Assembly: GCF_009914755.1 (NCBI RefSeq)
Contig: NC_060934.1
Direction: 5' to 3' (one strand)
From: the human T2T-CHM13v2.0 reference genome, Homo sapiens
DNA: 64,000 nucleotides
The notes beneath the pieces are model-generated. The model had not been told where the DNA came from, did not search any database, and saw only the letters and a list, made by a program, of their open reading frames with translations. The translations under genes were made by a program, and so were the position numbers. Position 1 is the stretch's first letter. The number at the start of each line of letters is the position of its first letter. This document shows, piece by piece, positions 30,609-49,579 of the stretch.

Positions 30609-30761
30609 AGAGGAGAAGGAGGAAGAGAGAGAGAGAGAGAAAAGGAAAGAAAGAAAGAGAGAAAGAGGGAAAGAGAGAAAGAGAAAAAGAAAAGAAAAGA
30701 AAAGAAAGAAGGAAGGAAGGAAGGAAAGGGAAGGGAGGGAGGAAGGAAGGAAAGAAAAGAA

Positions 30762-30829
<68 letters not shown>

Positions 30830-31137
30830 TGTTTGTTTCTTCTTCCACTCTCTCAAATGCTGGCCACAGATTACATACAGCCTTATGAAAAGCCTATGGC
30901 TTCCCATCTCACAGAGAAAGAGAGAAGGGGAGGGAGGGAGGGAGGGAAGAAGGAAGGAAGGAAAGGGAAAGGAAGGGAAGGAAAAGGAAGGGAAGGGAAG
31001 GAAGGGAAGGAAGGAAGGAGGGAGAGAGGGAAGGAAGGAAGGAGGGAAGGAGTTATTTGTTTGTTTCCTTCTTCCACTCTCTCAAATGCTGGCCACAGAC
31101 CTACAGCCTTGTGAAAACTCCATGGCTTCCCATCTCA
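30609..31137 (+). repeat. Two polypurine tracts, each followed by a copy of an about 82-bp unique unit
   Basis: (GAAA)n(GCAA)n, unit 30830-30911, (GGAA)n, unit 31058-31137. Confidence 0.93.
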
Positions 31138-31735
31138 TGCAGGCAAACCTGGTGAAAATTCCCCACACTCCTGTGCTCCACCTCTGTTCCCAACCCATGG
31201 CCCAGCTGTCTGCCCATGTGACACTTGTCCAAGGTGCTCTCATGTGAACAGCGACTTCCGCCTACAGTTCCTGGTCTTCTCTCTGCACCGTGCTATCCTC
31301 AGGGAAGAGTTCCCATGAGCTGCACCCTGAAAACAGACTTGAGAAGGGTGGGGGCCTCGTCATGGAGTAGAGGTACAGACTTTTCCTCCAGCGGCCATCT
31401 AATAAGCAGCTACTATTGAGGGCGTTATGCTGTATGCCGGGGCAGAAAGATGAACAAGGCATGACTCTTGCCCTCAAGAGGCCGACAGACCAATGTGCCC
31501 AGTTGCCATGTCACAGCTGTCTGTGGACACAGGCCCTTCTCAAGGAGGAAGATGCCAAGGTATAGAGCAACCGAGCAGACTGCTCATGGGGGTGCAAGGT
31601 TAACAATTCTGGTTCATTTCTCATGCCAACGTTGAATTAAGCAACATAAATGGAGGAAGTGGGAAATGACACCAAGAAATACTAAACCTGGTTTTCATCT
31701 CCTCTTGCCTATTTTTAAAAAATATGTGTTATATG

Positions 31736-32850
<1,115 letters not shown>

Positions 32851-33391
32851 TTAAACAAGCCTATTATTAACTCATATTTTTAAAAGCCACCTTTTTCCTA
32901 CACCTGTACCTGCACATTTTGTTCCTGTCGCATTACCCTCTTCCTTAGGCTGTTCCTTTCAGCAGCTATGAAAAACAGAGTGCTCTGAAAGTTTGCAGGG
33001 CTTTCCCAGGCCAGCTCTTGTAAGTGAAGTGCAGAGCTGTACAATCGCAGACTATTCTGAATGTGCATTTGTGTGTAAACATGAGCACCGTCATAACAAC
33101 TGGTCAACATATTTACACAGCTTGCCTGAGAGTGTGAAGAATTAAATTCATACACACATACATTTTACATTAAAATATATGCATGGAAACGTAAAAGGTT
33201 TAATGTGTGTATGTCCATATCTATAACAACACAGATAAAGACAAAGAAAATTTGCACCAAGTAATTCTGGGACACCCAGGGCTGTACAGTAGGCAAAGTA
33301 AGCTAACTGTAGGGTAGGAGTCATCTTGATCGTTTTGCATGGCCTCAGAGAGAAAGGAAGCTGCTAGAATTATATAAAATGCTGAAATCTC

Positions 33392-34002
<611 letters not shown>

Positions 34003-34459
34003 GATGCTGAAATCGCAGGAAATTTAATGGTATAGTTCGCACTCTGCTGTAGGAAGCATTCCTAGCATTACTACCCTGAGACAGGCATGGTTATAACCTC
34101 AGAGGTAGATGCCGGATCCTCTCTGACACTATAAACATGAAATTTATATTCATTTGAAAACTATTCTGGTTGTGAATAGGAGAATACAGAGAAACACTAG
34201 AGGACAAGGGGGCAAATTTCAACAAATTAAAGAAAACAAGGGAAGTGTTTAGAGAGCACAAGTAGTCTCATTAGAAGAGACTCCTTACTTTGCTTTGCCT
34301 CTAAGGCAATCTGGAGTCTTCGCCACTGGGTTTGCCAAGTGAAATGTTTTTTTCTGCTCTACTATTGACCCAGCAAGTTGCATGGTGCCGTTTTATTGAA
34401 AAAACATGTGCAAAGTGTCTCCTAAGCAGCAATGAGGATGAGGCTGCTTGCTGCGCTCT

Positions 34460-34590
34460 CTTGAAAGCAGCCACCAGCAGGGAGCCCGCTCTGGTTAACT
34501 GATGAAATGGCAGGCCGCCCAGGCTCCCGAATCATCGATTTCCACAGCCGCAAACAATTGATGCAATCAGCCAAGCTCAGAATTAGCCTG
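34460..34590. promoter_or_regulatory. Candidate distal regulatory element (CTCF-like site, two C/EBP-ATF sites)
   Basis: CCACCAGCAGGGAGCCCGC 34471-34489; TGATGAAAT 34500-34508; TGATGCAAT 34559-34567; non-repetitive and CpG-retaining. Confidence 0.3.
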
Positions 34591-34988
34591 ACTTATCCTC
34601 ATTTGTGTGTGTGTTTGTGTGTGTGTGTGTGTTTGTCTTGTATTGGTTCCCTAGTCCCAGGACCCATCTTCATTTTTGTACTTGTTTTGTTTATATTTCC
34701 AAAATGCAAATTTTGACTTTCTGCCTGGGAACACTACAAAGTCCTTCCTCACAAACATTGAGGAAACAGGAAACTCACAGATTTCTCACAAAAGGGGCTT
34801 TCAATTCCTATTAGATAAAATGATATTCATAACAGGTTCCCAGAAAACAAAATACTCTTATTTATTTATTTATTTGCAAAGTAAAGGAGACAGTAAGATT
34901 CACCTAAAAAACAGGAGAAGCAGGGATTAGGGGGTCTCTTTACTGACTTTTAAAAAAATGCCTTACCAAAAATCTCTTGAATGTTAAT

Positions 34989-35018
34989 AGAACGTTCTAG
35001 AATTTTCTAAAACTTTCT
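34989..35018. promoter_or_regulatory. Heat-shock element (HSF1/HSF2 site)
   Basis: aGAAc gTTCt aGAAt tTTCt aAAAc tTTCt: four perfect alternating nGAAn units plus two more in phase with one mismatch. Confidence 0.6.
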
Positions 35019-35774
35019 ACACAGAAAGTGTAGAAAGTTTTTCTAATGGTGTCTCTTTGATTAGATAACATATGATGATTCCAGGGTTATGCCCCCCTTT
35101 TTCCCCCTCAAAAAAGGTTAAAGGCCATTTTTTGGCGGGCTTTCTTACACATCAGCCTTCATAGAAAGCTGATACAAAAGTTACATCAAGAGACGGTATG
35201 TATTAGGAAGAAATGAAAACTTTCCATGCTGGCCATCTTTCTTTCTCTGCAATCCTCACAAATTTCTGGCTAGCATGTTTGTCAGCTTCGACTTGGTTAG
35301 ACATAAAAATTCTTTTTTTTGTGGAAACAGCAGATGTTACTCTGTGACATTGAGGGTTGACACCATTCATCTATCAGTCTAGAATAGGTCCTCTGTGCCT
35401 AATAGTGCCTTCATCCTGAAATGCAGGACTCACTGCATCTGCTATAATCACTGCTACCAAGTGCTGTGGGTGCCCGTCTCGCTTTTCAGGTGAGCTGAAA
35501 AGAATAGCTTGGCTGACTTCCAATCACAGCTAGGAAAAATTTGATCTAGAAGGTGGGCCTCTAAGACATGTCACCAATAGCCCTACCAGTAGCATTCTTT
35601 CCTTTCTATTTGTGAAACAATTTAAGATATTTTGTAATAAAAATCTCTTCCACACTGCTCCAGCATGGGACCCGTAACTTAAAACACTAGTCTTCCCTAT
35701 AAGATTAAATCACAGAAGACTCATTTTTAAATACAGAGGGTTTAGTTGACAGGGACCGAATCCAGTGAACCATT

Positions 35775-36488
<714 letters not shown>

Positions 36489-38230
36489 TCAAAAAACATG
36501 GCTTTGCTAGGGCTCATGGCAGGATAGGTGCTGTAGCAAAGGCAGCCTGGAGCCACAAGGAAATTAATTAAGATACTGGATACCTCCAGGTGGGTGGGCT
36601 GGAACAAGAATACCACTAGAGGAAGAGGTGGATGGTGAGACACCCAGAAAGCTGTGTGCTAGGTAATTCTCCCTGGTCTACATCGTCCAGATAAAGACAT
36701 TGCCTTTGAGATTCTTATATGACATGATTATTTATCTCCAGACTTAGGGACACCTGGCCCAGGAGGGTGACTGCAATACCACCACCCTTTTTATTCCACA
36801 AATATGGCAATTGGTTTTCTAGGCCTCCTCTCTAGGCTTCATAAAAGAGCAATGGAAATTAAACTAACAATGCACATCCATCAATACCTTGCTCAAATTG
36901 TATTTTCAAACAGTAAGTTCCTCCAGAAATGTTTTACTACTGTAAAACATTCAGAAAAAATATATATCTCAGATGAAATGGCTTTATGCTTCTAGCAAAA
37001 CAATATTCCTGGAAATATGTCAAAGTCTACCCATTTCAAAGAAAATATTGATATGAGAACATCAAATATTAACAAAACAAATCATGCCATCTGAAGGAAA
37101 GTAAAGAAATGACACAGAACTAAGCCTTTCATGTGTTTTTGATGGGGATGTAATAGGATTTGGAGGGGGCCCGAGTTTCTCTTTAAAATGATAGCATCCA
37201 TGTGAACACGTGTTAAATTCAGCACATTTATCGTCCAGTTGGTGAGGTAGTTCCTTGGGAAATGAGATGACAAATGCGTTTTGGTTTCCTAAAATGTACT
37301 TCTGGCTTTCTTCGGTTGGTATTTAATTGGCAATGAAAACACTTTCCACAGATTGAAACAGACACCTCAGGATCTCATTTATAGTCCATTGGGACAGGGA
37401 AGTATATGGCAGGAAAACAGTTTCAGCTTCCTTGGAAACGCAAAATGAAAGAGAGTTTGCCAAGTCAGGAGTGTTTTAACAACCATCGAGTGTGGGGATC
37501 CTTAAGGCTGGTCCACATCAAATTTTAGGGTGAACTCCCCGGGTGTGTTTGCGTGTTTATGTGTGAATACACATTGTTCTAGGGTTATAGTTTTCATCAT
37601 ATTTGGAGACAACTCCAAAAAGGTTAAGAACCGCTGATGTAAAGTAAAACAAAAATGAAATAGTCAGTAAGAAACAGAAGTGTATTTTGGAAAGAACAAA
37701 TGTTGTAAAACTGAATAGTTACTGTAGAAGGATTTGTTGACTCCAACATTTTCCTAAAGACTCGGCACCCAGGCCCGGGAAGGGGCAAAGGCAGAATCCC
37801 ATTCCCTTGGCAGCAGAGGCCATCCCTGAGCAGTCTTCGTGCTTTATGTCTTAATGTGCTCAAAGCCAAGATTTACTTTTAGGGTTTTACAAATATATGG
37901 CAGGATGAAAGGTCAAGACCCGTTGGGTCCAGAAACTGAGATGAGTAGGTCTAGCATGAGAACCAACAGGCTTCCCAAGGACTCAGTCCGGCACTGCCTC
38001 ATTCTTCAATTCTGAAATTAGGATGACATTAGAGAATATACTACAAGCAAAATGAACCCTTCATAATTGTGTTGAAGTCCACACCTGTAGGAGGATTTCA
38101 TCCGGCCTACAGATATTGACATTCATATCTTTTAACATTGGTGTGTGTAAAAGCCAAGGCAGAAAATAATGCAGGTCATAGTCTTGCAACTGACTTGCAT
38201 ACACACAAAGCCCAGCTCAAAGAGAAAGAG

Positions 38231-38780
38231 TGCAGCAGTCAGGTTCTCCAGAGAAGCAGAACCAATAGGATGTATATTTCTATGGAGATATGTTTAGACA
38301 GAGAGAGAGGACGGAGACAGGAGAAAGAGAGAGAGTAATATAAGTAATTGGCTCATGTGATTATGGGGACTGGCAAGTCCCAAGGTCTGCCGTTGGCAAC
38401 CTGGGGACCTAGGAGAGCTGATAATATAGTTCCAGTTGGACTCTGCAGGCCTGAGAACCAGGAGTACTGAGGGCACACGTTCCATCAGCCCAGAAAAGCC
38501 AATGTTTCAGTTTGAGTTTAAAGGCAGGAAAAGACTGATGATCCAGATCAAGGTGGTAAGGCAGGAGGAGGAGTTTCCTCTCACAGCCTTTTTGTTCTAT
38601 GTAAATCTTCAGTTGACTGGATGAGGCCCACCCAGATAAGGGAGAGCAATCCACTTCACTCAAGCCACCAATTCAAATGTTAATCTCAAAAGCATCCTTA
38701 CAAACACACCCAGAAAAATGTTTGACCAGATATCTGGGCACCACATGGCCCAGTCAAGTTGATACAAAATTAAGCATTAA
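38231..38780 (-). mobile_element. MLT2 (ERVL) solo LTR
   Basis: ggttctccagagaagcagaaccaatagga..ttggctcatgtgattatgg..gactggatgaggcccaccca..ggcccagtcaagttga. Confidence 0.85.
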
Positions 38781-39428
38781 AAAGAGGCTGTTTCTTTTTA
38801 ATCCATACCTCAGCTCCTACACATCAAATGTCTATTGTCTTTTTCCAAGCTGCCAATTCAGTAGTCTTTGCAGATCTAATAATAATGGCTGGTCTTTGCT
38901 TAGCAATTACTGCATACCAGAAAAAAAAAATCTGAGCATGTCACACAGATTGACACACTTGACCTTCACAATAACTCTGTAATAGAGGTTTTATTATTTT
39001 CCCCATATTATAGATGACAAAACTGAGATGCATGTTCTACAAGAGTCCAAGAGATTTTAAAAGAAGGGAAGGAACTGAGATTCAAATCCAGGCAAACTTG
39101 GCCCCAGAATTAGGCTTCCAGCTGTCTCTCACTCTGTCTCATGCATTTACTACTATCCTACAATGCTTCCACACCTCAAAATGCTTTTATCACTTTTTTT
39201 TCAGAAACACATTCAGTGCCAGTATGCACTATTTTGAAGTTTATTTCCTCTGAGGCTGAATTTTTTTTAAAGCCAAGTATAATTCCATGTCATATCTGCC
39301 TATTAAGGTAGTTGATAAACTCAGATAATACTAACTTGGCAAGGGGTGCCTATAACCTAACAAGGTGAATCCTCAAGTGTTCTTCATATAATACCTCTAG
39401 CAACAAAAGCAAAAGAGAATTTGGTCAG

Positions 39429-39769
39429 TGCTGTAGTGTAAATGTTGTGTCCTCTCCTAAATTAATATGTTAAAATCCTAATGCCTAAGGTGATGGTATT
39501 AGGAGGTGGGGCCTTTGGGAGATGATCAGGTCATGAAAACAGAGCCTTCATGAATGGGATTGGTGCCCTTGTAAAAGAGACCTAAGAGAGTTGCCTTGCC
39601 CCTTTCATTATGTGAGGACAGAATAAGTTGCCATCTATGAACCAGGAAGCAGGTCCTTTGCAGATACTGAATCTGCTGATGCCTTGATCTTGGACTACCC
39701 AGACTCAGAACTATGAGAAGTAAATCTTGGTTGTTTATTGCATCATACCAGTCCAAATGGACTAAGACA
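39429..39769 (+). mobile_element. MLT1A-like MaLR solo LTR
   Basis: gtgatggtattaggaggtggggcctttggga..gccttgatcttggact..ggactaagaca. Confidence 0.85.
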
Positions 39770-40361
39770 GTGATTCAATGACACATGTAATTGATATGGA
39801 AATATTCTATCCTAACCAAATATGTATGATAGCAGAAAATATAACAATAGTTATTCCTGGAATCTAAAACAAAGCGAGTGCTGTGATTTTACACACCAAT
39901 CCCCTGCCTGCATTCCAAACATGTAGCATTAACATGTTAAAGTAAATTACTTTTTAAAATCATAACCATGCAAAAAGAAAAACAACCCAAGATTAGTGAC
40001 CTCATGGGTTATGAACAGAACCAAATACACAGCAGTAAGTGGGAACTGAAGCCTTTCTACTGGGCTTCAAGATTGAAACATGTGTGAAACCAGGGTCTAA
40101 GGTGGCCCGCCCCGTTCAAATGGAGCTTTCATGCTGTGTCGTTAAACTGCACAGAGCTGCTGCCTGATGTGGTGGGAGGAAGTAGAGACAGCCGGACAGT
40201 TTGGAGGTGAGCAAGCCCTTGCTGGTTTAGGAACAGGAGCTCTGACATCCCATAGGACACACTAATAGAACTGGTTCTGAACTGGGAACCCTGGTGGGAT
40301 AGAGGCAACTGTAAGATATCCACATAGAGGTATTAACATGGGGAAAGGAAAAGAAAACATG

Positions 40362-40471
40362 CCACACACACATCAACACACACACATCCTTCTCAAGGTG
40401 AGCACACATACACACACACACGCATATCCTTCTCAAGGTGAGCACACACACACATGCTTCTCAAGGTGAGC
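40362..40471 (+). repeat. Three copies of at(c/g)cttctcaaggtgagc separated by (CA)n
   Basis: Units at about 40385-40403, 40426-40443 and 40453-40471. Confidence 0.92.
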
Positions 40472-40479
40472 TTGAAAAC

Positions 40480-42372
<1,893 letters not shown>

Positions 42373-42537
42373 AAAAACATTTTTTTAACCAGTTCAACGG
42401 ATGTCAAGAAAGTAGGAAAATATATGCAAAAAAAAGCATGGTTCAAAAAAGATAGCAGGAAGAAGCCGAATGTGTCAATAAACACAACAAATAAATGTAA
42501 TGTGATTATACTCAACTATTAAAATATGGTGATTGTA

Positions 42538-42946
<409 letters not shown>

Positions 42947-43266
42947 CTATTGCTTAGCTAGTGATTCTCTAATGTCTAGTGAAGGATTTGATGAAAATGC
43001 AGATTCCTGGGCACTGCCCCAGAAATATTGGTTCAACAGGTCTGGTTTCTAAGCCAATCATCTGGATAAGTAGCAAATTAGCCAGTTTTCTCTGATGAGG
43101 ATGACCTGAATGCCAAGCTCTAGAAGGTCAGATTCTTCAGCAGCCTTCGGCCTAGCCATCTAAACCTTCCATCATCAGCTCATCCTACTTCTCTCGATTT
43201 AGCTTTCCTGATCCCCCAACAAACCATATTTTTCCTTTTACCAAGAAGAGAAGGGAGGCATGACTT

Positions 43267-44138
<872 letters not shown>

Positions 44139-46579
44139 ACTTGTCTAGTTTACTGCTTCCCAGGCTCAAAGCTACAAGAGTAGGTCCAGGGTGCTCTTCA
44201 GCCCTCATTTCTGCAGCAGCAAAGATGAAAGTCAGACAAAATAAGCCAAAAAGTGCTGAACTATGACGGCTAAGTCCTCAGGGGTTTATTAGACTTTACT
44301 TCCCTCGGACATTGAGAAAAGTCTTCAGCTGAAGTCCATTAAGCAAATTGAAACACTGGAGAAAAATAAACATAGATTGAGGTAGATAGCAGTTTTATGA
44401 GAGCAAGGAAGCATTTAGTTCTAACAAAGCTCCCGTCTGTTACTTGGACTCTTGGATGCTCTTAAAACTCTTAAGATACTGTTCTCTCCAAGATATTTCT
44501 TTATGACTGCTGGCAGTCATAAAAGAAAGTTAATAGAATTTTTTCCCCCACAAATACAAAATCTGGTACAACCAAAAATAAAAATATAATCACATTGTTT
44601 CTCAGTACAATTCCTGACACCAAGCCATTTGTCCTTGTGTCTCCAGACAGGGAATTAAATAATAAACCCAAGACTGTGGTATATTGGGTACATGCCACAT
44701 AGCGCTTGGACTTAAGATGAAACCAAACCACACTAATATACACTTCCCCCAAAGTGGAAACCTGTATGTTAGAGAATCACTTCAAATTCATACTTTGGGG
44801 GAATGATTAGCAATATCTGAAAAACAAGACATTTTATTTCCAAATCTTTAATAATGCAAAATTAAAAAAAACCTTTTGTTGCACCCCTGTGATGTGCAAT
44901 GTTGGGCCTATGACACATGCGAAGAAGGTGAACAAAAGATTTATATGCAAATCACCTTTCTTGCAGATGATTCCGTGCATTTATTTTAGGCATTTAAAAA
45001 TAAAGTCACCACTTGGACTTTGTCTCCAAGGCAAGGAATATTCCCTCAGGGCGATGACTTTCAAAGCTCTACGCATGCATATTTTCCTAAGGGACAGGGG
45101 TGAAGCCAGCATTAGGTTTTTCCATTTCACATTCTGTGGCATATTCAGAGGCCCTGCTCTCTTCCTCACCTTGTCCTGAGGTTATGGAAACAGAGCCTGG
45201 TGCCAGCCTCATTCTCCAGCAGATCCATATGCATGGCCTTGTTCCTCTCCAGGGGGCGGGGCTGCAGAAGATGGAGGAGGTGAAATACAGATTTAGTCCT
45301 TGGATTTTCTAAGCCAAGTAAATTCAATATTTCAAAACATTCTCACATTTTAAAAGGCTCGAGCTTTCTAAATACTGCAAAATTATTTACTTCCAAATAT
45401 TTCCAGCCTTGCTTCATACTGAACATATATGTGCATAATTACAGACATTACATATTTCCAAAGAAATAAGGGGGGAGCAAAACCCCTGAGTCATCTAAAC
45501 TCATTACAAGTGAGAACTATTGTTTTGCAGAAATGTCACAGTATTTTCTTAAAGGGAAAAAAAGCAAGTTGTACTAATTTTGTAATAGATAAAAGCAAAA
45601 TTTCCTCTTTTATGTGCAATTGGTTCCAAAGGAGAGTCTCTCTGAAATATAAATGGCCAAAGTCTCCCTCAGCCCAAGTAAATATCTCCCAAAAGAGCCC
45701 ATAATAATCTCAGAGCTAGCTGCTGCTCTCTTGACACTGAAAATCAAATTAAATCTGATTATCCTTTCTAGCAGGGCACGGGAAAGACATAACCAGTTTA
45801 AACCCACAGAAACCCCGAGCTTCATTTTTGCCAATCATTCTAACATTGTCTCCCTTGAAATCTTTCACAAGATGTGCCTTGAAAAAACAAAATGGGCTAA
45901 TTTGGCTCCTCCTGTGCTGTCTTTTCTCACTGGTTAGTGAAGACACTATGGCATGCATTGTGCAGAAACCAGAGACAAGAGGTTCAAATACTCCACAAAC
46001 CAGATTACCAGCCAAAGGAAAAATCTAAAGGAGCAAGAGTTTCCCCAAACCCCCAAATGAAATTAGAAATAATAACCCCCTGGAAGTGCCCAAGGTCTTT
46101 AACATTTGTGGAATGCTTGGTTAATATCAAATATTATGACCACATGTGTGTTAGCAGGCAGAATTCCCACTCAACCCTGGAGTCTTGACTGTTCTCATGC
46201 AACCTCACTAGTGGCAGAAACTCTGCTGTGAAAACCTAGATTTGTAATTAGCATTATCTCCTGTTAAAAAGACTATGTGTACAACAAAGTGTAGAATTCT
46301 ATGCTGTGTAAAATATGGAGTTTAATTATAAAATGGGGAGCCTGAGGGGTGGGGGTGCCTTCTCAAATGGGGCTGGTGACCCACTGCCCTTGGAGTGGAA
46401 GATAAATGGGGACCAGCCTTCTGAGCACTCAGAGGTTTGGGAGGGGCAAGGGGATCTGATTAAAGTAGACGGAGAAACTTTTTTTTGCAGAGATTGTGAA
46501 AAAAATGACAACTTCTAAGGGGGACAGAATGCCTTTATTCAACATCAGCCACCATGAGCAGAAGCACACTTCTCAATTA

Positions 46580-47377
46580 CAGCTGACCCTTGAACGCCAG
46601 GGGTTTGAACTGTGTGGGTCCACTTACCTTCAATTTTTTTTCAGTACGAGTTGCACATAGTATGCCTGACTCTTCTGCTTCCCCTTCTACCTCCTCCACC
46701 TCTGCCACCCCTGAGACAGCAAGTCCAACCCCTCCTTTCCCCCCTCCTCCTCAGCTTACTCAACATGAAGACAACGAGGATGAAGACATTTACAATGGTC
46801 CACTTCCGCTTAATGAATAGTAACTATATTACTTTTCCTTGTGATTTTCTTTTTCTTTCTTTCTTTTTTTTCCAGAGTCTCACTGTGTCACCCAAGCTGG
46901 AGTGCAGTGGCGTGATCACAGTTCACTGCAGTCTTGACCTCCTGGGCTCAAGTGATCCTCCCACCTCAAGCCTCTCAAGTAGATGGGACTTCAGGTGCAA
47001 GCCATCGTGCCTGGCTGATTTTTGTATTTTTTGTAGAGACGGGGTCTCACTTTGTTGCCCAGGCTGGTCTTGAGCTCCTGGCCTCAAGTAGTCTCCCCAC
47101 CTCAGACTCCCAAAGTGCTGGGATTACAGGTGTGAGCCACCACACCCAGCTGTGATTTTCTTAATAACATTTTCTTTTCTCGAACTTCTTTTATTACAAG
47201 GATACAGAATAGAATACATATACCCTACAAAATATGTGTTAATCAACTATTTATGATGTCGGTGAGGCTTCCAGGCAACAGTAGGCTATTAGTTGTTACG
47301 TTTAGGGGGAGTCAAAAGTTATAGATGGATTTTTGGCTGTGTGAGAGTTGAGGCCCCTTTTATTCAAGGATCAACTG
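46580..47377 (+). mobile_element. Tigger2-family (MER28/Tigger2a-like) DNA transposon interrupted by AluJ (-, about 46848-47150)
   Basis: TIRs cagctgacccttgaa / ttcaaggatcaactg, TA on both flanks; Alu TSD tgtgattttctt. Confidence 0.9.
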
Positions 47378-49579
47378 TAATTTGAATGATGGATATTGGG
47401 CAATGGCAATAATTTGCTCTTCTTGTTTAGAATTGTGCTATACTAACACTGCTATATTAACAAAGGAACATGATGACATGTGCTTTCATTTTACACTGAT
47501 ATGAGCCGGTTATGTGGACAGTTGCATCTCCGGATTAAATGATAGTTTATTATTATTCATTTGTTGACTGAGCGCCCATAACCATGTCCTATTAACTCAA
47601 TATTCATTAAGCTCTGACTGAGTGTCTGGCACTAGGACTCTCTTTCTCGGAGCAAGTCACTCGATCACAAATATTGACTCAACAAGCACTTACCAAATGC
47701 TTAACTTGGAGCCAAACTTTGTGCTACACATTAAAAAGGCAAAAAAGTAACTCCCTGGACCTCAGCTTTTTTTAATCTGTAAAGGAAGGTACTGGACCAC
47801 AACAATTTTGGGGGGTTGCCTCCGGTTTTTAAAAAAACAAGAAATCTCATTTTGGTTTTGTTTGTTTATAAATAATTACCTTTAATTTATAAACTCCAAG
47901 AATCTAGATTCATTATTGCGGCTTCTCCTGATTCTAAATTAGACATTCGAAAGGTCACCAGATGATTCCATGCTCACCGTTGGAGCCCGCCAGCACTGGG
48001 AGATCGATGTGAACTGGAATTTTCAACACATGCTTACAAATTACTGCAAACCCCAGATACAATAAACACATGACAGAGAGGGAATCGAGATCCTTAGAAT
48101 CATTTCATAAAACGCCTTTCCCACTTGATAATGGCAACATAATCAGGATTCCAGCAGAGACGGGGCCCTCCTGTGTGAGGAGGAGCTCAAGGCTGGAGGT
48201 GGTGGGGTTGGTGCCTCCTGTCCCTCTTATCCGTCTCAAAGTAACAATCATTTTGCCATTGACAGGAGCCCACAGTTGTAAGCCTGCTGGGTTTCTGATT
48301 TTTCTTATTCTGGGAGTGCACGGTTGGATTAAATGATGGAAAAAATCATGCCACACAGACATTTTCCTTTGAAGATGTTAAGGAGAGTTCAGCCACAGTG
48401 CAAGTTCTTTCTGCATTTATCTTGGACTTTAAAAAAAAATTGGAAATGGCTATAACATGACATGCTGACATATGAGAATAAAAATGGGAAAGATCTGTAA
48501 AGATGTTGGCAAAGAAAAGAGGTCTACCAATGAGTGGGCATTTGTAGGAAAAAAAGTAGCAAAATGCATTGGGCACAGGACTGAATGTTCACACACACAT
48601 GCACACAAATACGTACACACTCACATACAGACACACACATAGCAAGAGAGATTCTCCAAGGGTTAGAGCACCAATAACTGAAGAAATTCCTGGGGTACCA
48701 CAAAGGTAGGGAATTTGTGTTTCATGGAGTAATGCGTGTTATCCTACTGTCCTGAACTGTGTGTGCCTAAAGGATTTTGGAGTGTTTGGGATCCTGGAAA
48801 ATTTTCTGCAAGCATTTGGCAAATGTTGAAAATGTCATGGAATTGAAATAATTTTTAACAGACCCAGTGCAAGATGAGTGTGGCGTGGAAGACGCTGAAG
48901 GATTCATGTCATATCCATCCACCTGCCTCCAGGCTGGGCAGAACACAGCCTGCAGAAAAGCTATTTAACTTAGCAGGCTCAAAAGTAGCAGTTCTTAACA
49001 TTGTGAAAGTCCCACGTTCCTTTGAGAATTTGGTCAAATTTAGAGTGTGTCACCAGAAAAATGAACATGAATACCCCCACTTAAATTTACAGGTTTTTTA
49101 GATCACTTGAAACCTTGGACAAAGAACTCCTACCATTATTAGAAAATATCCCTAGACCTTATTGATGAATGAATCTTTATGCTGAAGGGCCTCACGTTTC
49201 CTCACCAAAGTAACTCAAACCTACCTGATACTTTTGCCTAAGGCTTCATTTCTTTTTCACCATGGGGGTGGGTTAGTAATAACATTCATAGTAGTGATAT
49301 CTCTACTAATGATCATAGTAACCATATATGTTAAGCTCTTGTCATGTGCCAGGAACTATTCCAACAGTTTTAATGGTAACAATTGGTCATTGGCAGGGCA
49401 CAAGTTTGTATCCTGGAAATCTGATGTCAGAGCTTGCATTCTGATTCTAGATTCTTCTACCCATGAAAATGTTTCTTTTCTATGCATGACAATGGAAACT
49501 GTTGAACAACATACACAGTACAAAACTATGAACCATATTAAAAAGAAAATTTTTTAAAAAAAGTAAATCACCCACCACA

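Noticed and set aside
30480-31247. Long ORFs on both strands (up to 214 aa, K/E/R/G- or F/L/S-rich)
   Set aside because: Translation of stop-free purine microsatellites; the same applies to 9233-9718 and 21738-22256.
40362-40471. CRISPR-like repeat-spacer pattern
   Set aside because: Eukaryotic DNA, spacers are simple (CA)n, repeats under 20 bp, no cas genes.
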